A stretch of DNA of 64,000 nucleotides. It comes from Camelus dromedarius. Lineage: Eukaryota. Positions 26,631-37,757 of the stretch are shown one piece after another (positions within the stretch are counted from its first letter, which is position 1; the number at the start of each line of letters is the position of its first letter). The notes beneath the pieces were generated by a model that was not told where the DNA came from, did not search any database, and was given only the letters and a program-made list of their open reading frames with translations. The DNA is taken from positions 56,670,001 through 56,734,000 of the forward strand of contig NC_087437.1 of assembly GCF_036321535.1 (NCBI RefSeq). The letters are read 5' to 3'. Both the position numbers and the translations under genes were made by a program.

Positions 26631-27105
26631 TTGCTATCACATGTAGATGGAAAAAAATCCAGCTAAAATTGGTTGAATTGGGATTTGGACCTAGGAAAGT
26701 AGCTCCAGAGCTGTGCTCTTTTTCTCTGTAATACATTTTCTCTCAGGAGTTAGATATCATGTATTTGAAGAAATAAAAAAATAGCTAATACTACTGTCCA
26801 TAAATCACACACAAAATTAAATCGTTTTCATCATGAATTAGTTTACTTAATTCAACCAATAATCCCATAAGACAGTTATATTTATCCCCATTTTACAGCT
26901 AACAAGTGGAAGCATTTAGAATTCACTTGCCCATACCTACACAACTATTAACTAGAAGAATGATTTATTTTAAATCAGTTGAATTCTAGTGTTCACGTAC
27001 TTACTGAGCATACTATCTTCTAAACAGGCTTATTTATTTATTTATTTGGTAAGAAAGCACATCTAAAACAAACATGGCTATCACCCTGTCATACTTTTTG
27101 GGTTT

Positions 27106-27652
27106 TGTAATAAATCATTTTATATGTCAACTTGACTGATCTAAGGAGAGGCCCAGACAGTTTGTAAAACACTATTTCTGCGTATGTCTGTGCAGATGTC
27201 TTCCAAAGAGATTGGGATTTGAATCAACAGACTGAGAAAAGAAGATCTGCCCCCACCAGTGTGGGTGGGCATCCCCCAATCCATTTAGGGCCTGAATAAA
27301 ACAAAAAGGCAGAGAAAGGACAAATTCATTCTTTCTGTGTGAGCCTAGACATCCATCTTTTCCTGCCTTCAGACATTGTGCTTCAGACAAGCTTTTGGAC
27401 TCAGATCCAAGCACCAACAATCACCTTTCCCCAGTCCTGACTCATTCTCAGGCCTTCAGACTCAAACTAAATTATACTACCAGCTTTCCAGGTTCTCTAT
27501 CCTGTAGATGGCAAATCATGGGACTTCTCAGCATCCATTACCACATGAGCCAATTGCTATAAAAGACCTCTCTCTCTTTCTCTCTCTCTCTTCTCTGTCT
27601 CTCCATATATATCCTACTGGTTCTGTTTCCCTGGAGAATTCTGACTAATACA
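27106..27652 (+). mobile_element. Solo ERV-L LTR (MLT2-like)
   Basis: TG start with TTTTATATGTCAACTTGACTG; ends TGGTTCTGTTTCCCTGGAGAATTCTGACTAATACA; internal (CT)n tract. Confidence 0.88.
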
Positions 27653-28160
27653 AGCTTATGAGTACCCAGCAGCTGGAATAAAACATCCACATAATAGTTA
27701 ATTCTAAGAAAAGCCAAGTGAACTTATTAGGAATTCAGTTTTTGTTTCATGTTTAAAAATTAACATGAACATACCACTTGAACTTGGCCAGTTGTCTATT
27801 GGCTCTCAAGGCATTTTCACTTTGGTTTCTTGTTTAATTCTTTAGGTTAAAAAAAAAACCCTGCATTTTCTGATTTAAATGAGAAGCTCAGATCACTTAC
27901 TCTTTGGAAACTTTTATCACTCTCCAGCAGATTTCCCTTAGGGCAGTCATCAGCATCTCACTCTTGAAAACAGCTTGCTGAAGAGCTGATTACCCTAACA
28001 GCTTACCCTGGAGCACACTATTGTTCCCTTCACAAACTGTCTCACCTGGGCCTTTTGTAACTCTTTTGCGCATGGACCTTCTTGAAATTAGGTTACAAGA
28101 TCTTTGTGGTAGCCCAAGACTAGCCACCATTCTTGTGTGCTGAAGGGACAAGCTAGATAA

Positions 28161-28609
28161 CGTTGCCAAAAAACCAACCTCTGTATCCCAACAGCCAAAT
28201 TGAAAGTTGGGGGCAACATTTTGGGAGGATAGGAAAGAACAGCTTTATTGCTTTGCCAGGCAAAGGGAGTCACAGCAGGCCAATGCCCTAGAGACTGTGA
28301 GCCCACTTGGAATAAGGGTCCTGGGTTTTTATAGAAAAATGGGATCAGGAGGGTGATAACAAGCAAGGTATAAGCAGGAGCTACATCCCTTTCACCTTGG
28401 TAGGAGCTTGCTGTTGTTGTGGAGGAATTTAGGAGGATCTGCCCATTTTCTTGAGATTCAGTCCATGACCTTCCTTCAAGGGTAAAAGGATAAGTTATTC
28501 CAAGAAAAGAATGTACAAGGAGGGGAGTGTGTTAGTCATAAGATCAGTTTAGCTAGAAGTACAGGCCTGAACAACTCAGTCGCCATCTTGTTAGTTTTCT
28601 ACTCTTTCA
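28161..28609 (-). mobile_element. Solo ERV1-type LTR
   Basis: Plus strand (C/T)GTTGCC...CTTTCA; antisense AATAAA (GCTTTATTGC) and TATA (TTTTATAG); 4-bp TSD ATAA at 28157-28160 and 28610-28613. Confidence 0.75.
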
Positions 28610-28954
28610 ATAACAAGAGTAGAATATTTGAGTTTTTGCTCTTAAAGTATTCAAAAAGATTCAATAGCAGTGTCTGAATAAAGTAATAAGAAAGCTAAAT
28701 GCTTTTATTTGGCTAAAATACATGATCTATTTCAGCCTATCTTTGTTGTGATAGAATAACTCTGAAGTAAATAACTTAATTGGAATTTCACACATTTATA
28801 TAGGAAGTTATGGATCTAAGGAGGGAAGACAGACCACATAAAATCCATAACACAAGACTTTAATGATTTAAAGAACATGGTGTTAAGACAGTGAAGTCTT
28901 ACAACATTTTAAAGAGGAGAGAGCTTAACAGATTAACAATAATTAAATACAACA

Positions 28955-29850
28955 GAGCTGTGAAAGACCTTTACTAGTCAGCTCAGCTTGGGATACCAGA
29001 CAAGTCAGCTGGTACTGTCCATGGTCGGGGGGCTTGCCATTGGGTCTCTAGTTAGGCAAGCTGTGTTCTGAAGTCAGGAGGGATGCCGTTGACTAGGCTC
29101 TGCGTTCAAACGAAGCTGCTGTGTTGCTCCCTGATCTGGTAGAGCGGCTGGCTGTGCTCCGTGGTCAGATGGACCCATTCGCTGGGTTCTGCAATTATTT
29201 CCGGTCAGTCAAGCTCACAGGCTGTGTTCCCTCACAGGGTGGTACTACTGATTGGACTCTACTATTGGGCAAGGCTGTGATCTAGGTTCCACAATTGCTC
29301 CTGGTCCAGTGTGACTGCAGGTTGTGCTGTGTGACCAGGTAGTGCTGCTACGATGGGATCTGTGTTCAGGTGGGACTGAAGGCAGAGCTTCCTGGGGCCT
29401 CAGGCTGTGCTCTGCGATCAGGTGGGGACACAGGCTCTGCCCTGAAGTTGAGTGGGGTCACAGACTGGGCTTTTTAATCACAGTAGACCTCTGGCTGTGT
29501 TCCATTGTTGGGCAAGGTCACTGGCTGGGCTCTGGTAGAGACTGGTCTGTAGCTGTATCCCACAGCGGGGTGGAGCTGGAGGCTGCTCTGTGCTCCCACA
29601 TTTACTACCCAGGTTCTCTCTGGAGGTAGAGCCTCATGTTATGCTTCTTGATTGACAGGAGTCATGGCTGGGCTTCATGTCTAGCAGAGGTCACAGGCTA
29701 TGTTCAGCAACCAGTCGAGGTCATAGGCTGAGTTCTACAAGACAGTACCATAGTCATCTGTGAGGCCACCCAGGGTCACTGTTCAATCTCCCTCGCTATG
29801 CAGAGCCAGAGGCTATATTTAAGAGGCAGGCAGGGCTGCTGGCTTGGCCT
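28955..29850 (-). mobile_element. Probable old L1 5'UTR with degenerate internal repeats
   Basis: GC-rich, recurring GGCTG(T/G)G(C/T)TC motif; left end AAAGACCTTTACTAGTCAGC resembles antisense L1M pre-ORF1 sequence as recalled. Confidence 0.5.
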
Positions 29851-30162
29851 AATAATAGTCTAAGCTTCCACTTTAAGCAGTTAGATGAAGAACTAACTAA
29901 ACTCAAAGTAAGTAGAAGAAAATAAATAGTAAAGATAAGAGCAGAAATTATTAAAACAGAATCTGGAAGAAAATTAATCAAACAAAAGCTGAATTTTTAA
30001 AAAAGAGAGAAAAAGTTGACTTACTTCTTAGGGAGATTGATATGGAAAATAGAAAAGCTCAAAATACAAGCAATGACAGAGGGATATCACCATAGATCCT
30101 CAGACATGAAAAGAATGAGAAGATAAAATTATGAACATATTTATGTCAATAGATTCGACAAC

Positions 30163-30498
30163 TGCAATGGGCTGAGTGTTTGTGTCCCTCCAAATTTACA
30201 TATTGAAATCCTCACTCCAAATGTGATGATACTGGGAAGTGGGCCCTGTAATCAGGTCATGAGAGTGGAGCCTTCATGAATGGATTATTGCTTTTATAAG
30301 AGGGACCCCAGAGAGTTCTCTCACCCTCTTTTTCTACCACATGAGGCTATAACAGGAAGACTACAGTCTGCAGCCCTGAAGAGGTCCTCACCAGAGCTCA
30401 GACTTCCAGCGTCTAGAACTATAAGAAATAACTTTATGTTGTTCATAAACCACCCAGTCTATGGTGCTTTGTTATAGCATCCTTAAATGACTAAGACA
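30163..30498 (+). mobile_element. Solo MaLR LTR (MLT1A/B-like)
   Basis: TG...CA termini (TGCAATGGGCTGAGTG...GACTAAGACA); 5-bp TSD ACAAC at 30158-30162 and 30499-30503. Confidence 0.9.
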
Positions 30499-30872
30499 AC
30501 AACTTAAATGAAATGGACAAATTACTTGAAGATATATAGATAAAGATATATAAAACTTAAAAAGTGTGAGAAAACCTATATAATCCAATTCAATTAAAGA
30601 AATTGGGTTCATAACAAAAAATAGTTCAGGCCCAAAGGCATTATTGGTGAATTTTATTAACCTTTTAGGATGGAAATAATAAAATCCTTCACAAATTCAT
30701 TCAGAAAATGGAGTGGAAACTTCTCAAGTCATCTTATGACATCAAAATAAGACAAAGACATTACTAGCAAAAAAAGACTGTAAACTAATATTCTGGAATA
30801 AACGAATAGTATACATGAGGTTTAACCCCAAAATGAAAGATTAGTTTAACATTCAAAAATCAATCAGTGTAA

Positions 30873-30994
30873 GGGCAGGATATAGCTCAGTGGCAGGACG
30901 CATGCCTAGCGTGCACAAGGTGTTGGGTTCAATCCCACGTACCTCCATTAAATAAAACAAACAAACAAACCTAATTAGCTGCTCCCCTCTCCCA
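30873..30994 (+). mobile_element. tRNA-derived SINE, second copy of the same family
   Basis: A box TAGCTCAGTGG, B box GGGTTCAATCCC, same AAACCTAATTA tail. Imperfect TSD AAAAAT(C/A)AATCAGT on both flanks. Confidence 0.88.
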
Positions 30995-32315
30995 AAAATA
31001 AATCAGTTATTTATCAGAATTGGTAATATTGACAGAATAAAGGGGGAAAACCATATGATTATCTCAACATCTGCAAGTGTACTCTCACACATTTCTAGTT
31101 CAAATGTAAAATTATACAATTACTTTGGGAAACAGCTTGGCAATTACTTATAAAGCTGGAAATACACCTTCTATATGATCCATTCTTATATTTTTGCCCA
31201 AGAAAAATGAAAACATATGTCCCTTCAAAGACCTATACACAAATGCGCATAACAGCTTTATTCATAATAGCCCCAACACAAAGTAATAGCCAGACACAAA
31301 GAGTATGTAGTGGACGATTCCATTTACATGTAATTCTAGGAAAGGCAAAACTAATCTATTGTTATCAAAAGCAGATCAGTGATTGTTTTTGGCTTGAAAT
31401 GGGGGATGGATTGTCTGCAAAGCAGCATGAAGAAACTGTTTAGGATGTTGGAAATATAACATATCTTGATTGTGATAGCATTTACACCAAAGATGTTTAT
31501 ATTTGCCAAAACTCATGGCTTAAAATGGTACTGGTGTATTTCATGCAAATTTTATCTTAATAAAGTTGATTGTAAAGAGTAGCCACAACTAGAAAGTTCC
31601 TGAGGGCACTCAGTTACCAAAGCTGCACGGTCAAGGCTGTACATGGATTCTGCCTTTCCACAGGATAATAAAGCTCTCCTCATTCAGGTGCCAAACAGCC
31701 CAGTCAGTTCTCCGCTCAGGGTGCTGAGCTCTTAATGAAACCAGAGGCTAAAAGGTGAGCCCAAACTGCCCCACAACTGCTTAGTCTGGAAAAAAAGGCA
31801 CCAATACTCCTCCAGAGGTAATCCTCTTAAGGATGTAAATTTACAGGAAACATTTTTTGTGCAGTCCCTTCCCTGTTCAGACATTCCTCTTTTTTCCCCC
31901 CTATTTGGAGGTTTTGTTTTGTATTTAATCCTTCTCAGTATGATGATATGTTTATAGGCTGGTAGGGCGGGAAAGTAGCTAGATTAATGAATTAGTTCAT
32001 TCAATATCTAACAAACTTTATTAAGCCTGGAACACTGTGTGGCCAAAGAGTAGTAAATGGACAAATGAGACTCCTAAGAGATGAAAAAAAAAAAGCAAAT
32101 TGGAGGGAGACCTGGTGCCCTATTTTAGTATCACTTTTATTCAGCTCTCTTTAAATCAATTTGCAAAGGATAGTGGCCAAGGGGAAAAAAAGGATTTTTT
32201 TGTAAAACACCAGTGTTCAAGTGAGAATGGTTACACTAAGAAGTGGTCATCTGGGCTATGTCAGACTTGGTGTAGTAGAAAGACAAGCACTTTATGGTAA
32301 GACAAACCTGAGTTT

Positions 32316-32665
32316 TGTGGGGAAGAAAAAATAGTTTTCCCTCTACTCTTCTAGGTTCTTGGCTGAGACTCCACACTATCCTAAAAGACAGATTAACTGG
32401 AGAAAAACAAAAAGAAGTTTAACAACATGTATACCTCAAGTATACATGGGAGATAACCGGGAAAACTGAGTAACTCCATGAAATGACCCAAGGCACCACC
32501 TTAAACGACATCTTCAGTTAAAAACAAAAGAATATGTTGGGGGGAGGGGGAAGCTAGTTTTGGGAGGTTCCCAGGAAAAGCACAGTAAACAAGGGTAAGG
32601 TTGTTATGCAGATTTAAGCCTTTGCCTTCTTTGATAAGAGTTTCTAGAAATTTAGTCACCTTTGG
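32316..32665. mobile_element. ERV1-type LTR fragment
   Basis: TGTGGGGAAG start; AAAAGACAGATTAACTGGAGAAAAAC..AAGTTTAACAACATG and GTTGTTATGCAGATTTAAG motifs recalled from laurasiatherian ERV1 LTRs; orientation uncertain. Confidence 0.55.
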
Positions 32666-32669
32666 GCAA

Positions 32670-32912
32670 GAGCTAGCAATAAACAGACTTACTTCCCATA
32701 GCCTCATGAGTCAGGGCTTAATGGTAGCCCTAATCAAGATTTCAGATAATTGCAACAGTGGCTGACATCTTGCTGGCAACCTCATGAGTGACCCCCAGCC
32801 AAAAGAAACTTTCTAAATTCTTGACTTACAGAAACTATGAGACAGTAACTATTTGTTGATTTAATCCATTAAGTTTGGGTGCCATTGTTATGCAGTGGTA
32901 CATAACTGACAT
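32670..32912 (+). mobile_element. MaLR LTR 3' part (MLT1-like)
   Basis: GGCTGACATCTTG..AACCTCATGAG..AAATTCTTGACTTACAGAAACTATGAGA..TAAGTTTGGG..TGTTATGCAG..ATAACTGACA. Confidence 0.7.
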
Positions 32913-33040
32913 CATCACTCATAGCCTATGAAGGTGATGTTTTAATTTAGTAGTGCTCAAAGTTTGAGGACTTTATATTTGACAAGAGGAAGCAGGGAGA
33001 AAGAATATTCTTTCAGTGTCCAGCTTTAATGCATAATAAG

Positions 33041-33375
33041 AGTAAAAAAGTAATAAAAAGTCACCTCAGGTAAATAGGATGGGGAGACAGAAGGAGCTTT
33101 CATGCCGTGCAACAATGGCAGAGCCGAAAAGGAAGAAAAAAGACTCCTCTTCTTTCCTGGCAAAGATTCAGCAAATGAAAAACCAAAGAGTCTTTGATTA
33201 CTACAGCTCGCCCAACATCCTTTACCTCCATATAAAAGCATCCTCCTTCCCTTGCCTCGTTGGGGACTTGCACGTGGGTCATCATGGTTGCAGACCCTGA
33301 ACTGCAATTCTCTGCTGATCCTGAATAATCCCATCTTTCTTGGAGAAATATCTGACAGTCTATTTTAGGTCAACA
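33041..33375 (+). mobile_element. Solo ERV1-type LTR
   Basis: TATAAAAG at 33231-33238, degenerate poly(A) signal (GAATAATC), terminal AGGTCAACA; no TSD visible. Confidence 0.65.
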
Positions 33376-34889
33376 CAAATAAAAATCTGTCAGCAAACAG
33401 GTAGCCATATTTTCTTCACTGGAGTTATTACTGAATTCATATCCATCTAGGCACTCATAATTGTTTGAACTTCTTAAATACAATCATAGAAAGGCAAAGG
33501 TTTAAAGTCAGGTATCATATATCCAATTAACAAATTAATAAAAAAGCCACAAGTTTTAAAGATAATTTTTTGGCAGATAATTTATCTTCAACACATCCAA
33601 TTAAATCAAATGGTATATTATACATTTTCAATTACTATATTACTATCCATTTCAAATGGATTCTTTTCAGCTTGACTCTGAAGTGCAATAAATTAAAGCA
33701 AATTGTTGAAATCTATGACTTTCCTTAGAATGTATGTACCACCAACATGCAAAAAATTTACCCAATTAAAAATCATGAAAAATAAGATAATACATTGTGA
33801 AACAGAATGATGATATAGGAAAAAGAAAGTAACAACATTTTTTACAAAATTAAAAAGCACATATAATGGCCTTTTTATGAACAATCTTTAATTATTGAGA
33901 GCAAAAGAGAAAAAAAAATTTAAATATTCTTCTTGTTAGATATCAGAGAAGCAAGACATTTATCTTCAGAGATACACTTTTCCTGGAACCAAACACAAAC
34001 AAAATGCATCTAAAGATTTCTTGTATATGTGACAGAGTGAATAATGGCTTCTTTGTGTTATGTAACATCTGGATCAAAAGCATAATTCTTCTACAGACTA
34101 TCTGTATAGGCTGAGGGAGTTATGTTACGTGATAAATTAGGGGAGGTATTTTTTTCTGGGGACTGAGATCAAGAGGCCCAGGCAGTTCAGTTCCAATTTT
34201 AATCATTTTACCGTATAGGAATGAAACTCAGAGTCTACTGATACATTAGCATAGCTATTTGCTCATCTGTCTGAAATATCAGGTATCTTATCCCTGCAAG
34301 TGTTGCATTGGTGATCAGTTCACAGCAGAATTACCTCTTACGTGAGTGTTGTGCTAATAGTCTATGTGGCTGGCTTATGTGAAAGTGTGAGTCTATGAAT
34401 CTGAGGGAAGTAAAATGATCACTCTCTTTCTTAAAAGCCGGCTTTGTATTTTCACACAGATGTACAATGTTCTCTTGCTGTCCATTACTCAGTGATGCCA
34501 CAATCGTATTTTAACTTAGTTTAGACTGCAGAAATTATTTTTAAACGTATTTTTAAACTGACCTGTGTTTGTGTGTGTGCATGGGTGTGTGTCTGTATTC
34601 CATATCCAGCTAACGTATTATTCCATCTTCTAAGCTAAAACCCAGAATATAATTTCCCCCTTGTGGTTATTCAATCCAGAGTATAGATTTAGGAAAAAGA
34701 AAACTGTGAAGAATGGCTAACTATACGTGGAAATAAACACACATTCCTTCCCTGGCCCTCATGACTGACAGCCCATGGGAACAAGTAGGTCGTCCAATAA
34801 CTGTTTAGAAGAAACTCTACACTGTTAGAGATTCTGGGGGAGTCTTCTAAAGTACACCCTTACAAACATACAGGCATAGTCATAATACC

Positions 34890-35130
34890 CAAGAGTCACT
34901 AGCTATTAAATGCTTTTTATATGTCAGATACATTCCTAATAGTTTTATGTGCATTTATGCATTTTATGCTTACAACATTCCTATGGAGAAGATATTATTA
35001 TCTGCATTTTTATCTATGAGGAAATAAGCACATGAAGGTTAAGTAACTTATCCAAGTTGACACAGCTGGTGAGAGACAGAGCCAGCCTTTCTGCCTCTTT
35101 AATCCATGCTTTTATTCATTACATCATATT
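34890..35130 (-). mobile_element. MIR SINE remnant
   Basis: ATTATTATCTGCATTTT..ATGAGGAAATAAGCAC..AGGTTAAGTAACTTATCCAAG..ACACAGCTGGT. Confidence 0.7.
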
Positions 35131-37757
35131 GCATACTTTTTGTACTATGTATTATACATTTTGCTGTAACAATCTTATATCGTTTTCCTTTATTATTTAA
35201 AAACAGATGAATCTGGGGAGATATTCACAATAAGCAAAAAAGATTATGCCTAGTTTGCATCTACTTTTAAAAAAAACAACAGATACATACACACATACAA
35301 TTTTTATGTCTAAGTTTCACTTAGCTTTGCCCATGATTATATTTTATTTTAAGTACTGTTTGACCATGGCAAATTTATTTAGGTTATTTTCAAACATACA
35401 TTTTGCACTTTTGTTTTAAAAGCCTGGATTTAATAGTAGCTAAATTTGCACATGAAGTTGGTGAGGAAAGCAAAACACAACTAAATCGAAGACTCAGCTT
35501 CAGGTTTCGTCTGGGACCTTATGCGGAATAAATACATAGCTGGAGACTGGGCACAGTGAACGGCTGCTCCATACTGACTATGCCTCGTCTTGTGCTAATA
35601 CCTCTAGTTTCCTAAGCATTTGTAATACATTTCATATATTACATTGGGAAAGAGAGGTTAGTTTTCTGCCTAAGAGTAGAAGAAAAGCACTCTGACAGTA
35701 TCACAGTAGGTAAGGTAGAATTGTACAGTGAAAAAAGCCTGAATCTTCAAACCATTAAACTTTGATTTAAGTGATCACCATTCCACTTTTAAGTCATGTC
35801 AGCTGGACCAAGTCTTATCAGTAACTTTGTCTTGGTTTCCACATTCACATCAGGATCAAAGCTTCTGATAATATTTGTGTAAAATATAAAATTTAATTTT
35901 ACCCCCTAAAATAAAATAGCAATTTACTTACTGACTTCTATTTTACAGAGTTTGAGGACAATAAATTTAATTTTCTTGAAGTAAAATTTTATTTGTCATT
36001 GTATTATTAGGCAGTTGTCTATATGAAACAATTACTCTCAATTGAAATTTAAAAGAAAAAAAACCTCTGCTTGTTCAAATGCTTTGGTGCTTAAGTTATT
36101 TCCTTAGGGCAAAAGAAGTTCTTTACTGAAATATAAACAGTCAGCAGATTTTAGTAATATATTGTGAATCCAAAAGAAAAATTGGATTAGAAGGCCTTAA
36201 GGCAGTTTTAATTAAACAGAGCAGGGACACCTTCATAAACCCAAAGTCAGAGTTATGCTCCCCTTCAACTTCATCTTGTAGAGCCTTCATTTTAAGAAGA
36301 TAAAATACGTCCAAAGACATAAAACACCAGCAGCATCCAATCTAGGGAGCCCCCTCTAGGATTGCAGAACTCATATATGGGTCATCATGACCCTTTTCAA
36401 GAACAGAAAACAATTTATTGCTTTGTCTAGAACCTCAGAATGATAGAATGAAGAGAAATCAGCCTATACTTGGCAGGACTTAGGCATATGCTGAAAAGCC
36501 TGGGGTAGAGGTATAAGATCACCAAAACCTCCAGGAAATGGAGTCCAGGGAAGTTGTATGCGTGATGCAGTCAGCCCAGTAGCCCCCCTAAATCTTCACC
36601 AGGTGGGGGCAATATGCTTTATTTCTATGGCCTGATCTTTTCCAAAAAAGGTTTTAAACTGGTGGGGGTAGAAAGAATAATTTTACCCCCTTCTGTTTAA
36701 ACACCTCTAGTGACTAGAAGACTCCCTTTCACTAAGATAGTCCACTCTAAAATAGGACCTCTTGTTATTTCTAGGGTGCTTCTTTATTCTGAGAATCTCT
36801 GTGTATGGGGGTGGGGAGGGAGAGTTCTAAACACTGGAAACCTTAAAAGAAGGCCGGAGAAATACCATGAAGATACTGAGCATTTGATTCACAGAGAAAG
36901 GATGGAAGATTTCAAAGGAAAGAAACATTTAAAAGTGGGAGCTGTGTGCTTAAAATCATGTGTAACTAACCATTTTATCAAGGATAAGCTTCATAGGCAG
37001 CCTCAAGAAAATGTCTTTTGTCTCAGTTTCTCACTTACACCTCTGCAGCAGCTCAACTGTAAGTTATTATATATTATAAATATATGTCAAGTATGCACTG
37101 TGATTGTATCATAGACACCTAATATTTTAAATATTCTTTGAAATTTTACTCAGTATCCTGAAAAATCTTTGCAGTTTCCCAACTTAAGGGGAAGACATGG
37201 AAAGCCAGTCAAGTTATATCAAAGAAGGAAATCACATGGTGAGATACAGTGGAAAGGAGGCAATATCTAGTGTTAAGAGATCTGGGTTGTCACAGAAGCT
37301 CTTCTACTTAGCAGTTGCATGATCTGGTCAAGTTACTTCACTGCCCTGAGTCTCTATTCCCTCACTTCCTCTCTTGTGAAACAGGGTACCAGTCACACAG
37401 AGTTGGTGAAAGCACACCAAGGTGGAGTAGTCATACAGAAGCTCACTGTAATCTACAAAGTGTTATACAGAATGTTAGGGTTTTTTCCTAACATTATTCT
37501 TAACTTACATTTTTCTTATTTCTTTATCTGGTTTTGTTAATAGAGAAATGTGACCATGGATTGACTTTCTCTCATTAATAGAAATATCGCTGCATGCAAA
37601 TGCACAAACAAAATTTACTAATTGTCTCATGGGGGTAGGAAAATTTTGATTTAACAGAAAAACTTGAGTTCAAATCTGTAATCTTTTCAGTCATTTAACT
37701 TTATTTTTCACTTCTATAAAATGCGGTAAGATTTAACTCAATAGGTTGTTATAAGTT

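Larger units (their letters stand above)
29855..31575 (+). mobile_element. Old L1M ORF2 and 3' end fragments, interrupted by an MLT1 LTR and a SINE
   Basis: AAAGTAAGTAGAAGAAAATAAATAGTAAAGATAAGAGCAGAAAT; GACAACTTAAATGAAATGGACAAATTACTTGAA is restored across the LTR; 3' end ..TCTTAATAAAGTTGAT. Confidence 0.8.

Noticed and set aside
30873..30950. tRNA gene
   Set aside because: A and B boxes are present, but it continues into a SINE tail, has a TSD and a diverged sibling at 22013; no clean cloverleaf is evident.
36710..37114. Longest ORF (134 aa)
   Set aside because: GTG start, no recognisable domain, no convincing splice or promoter context.
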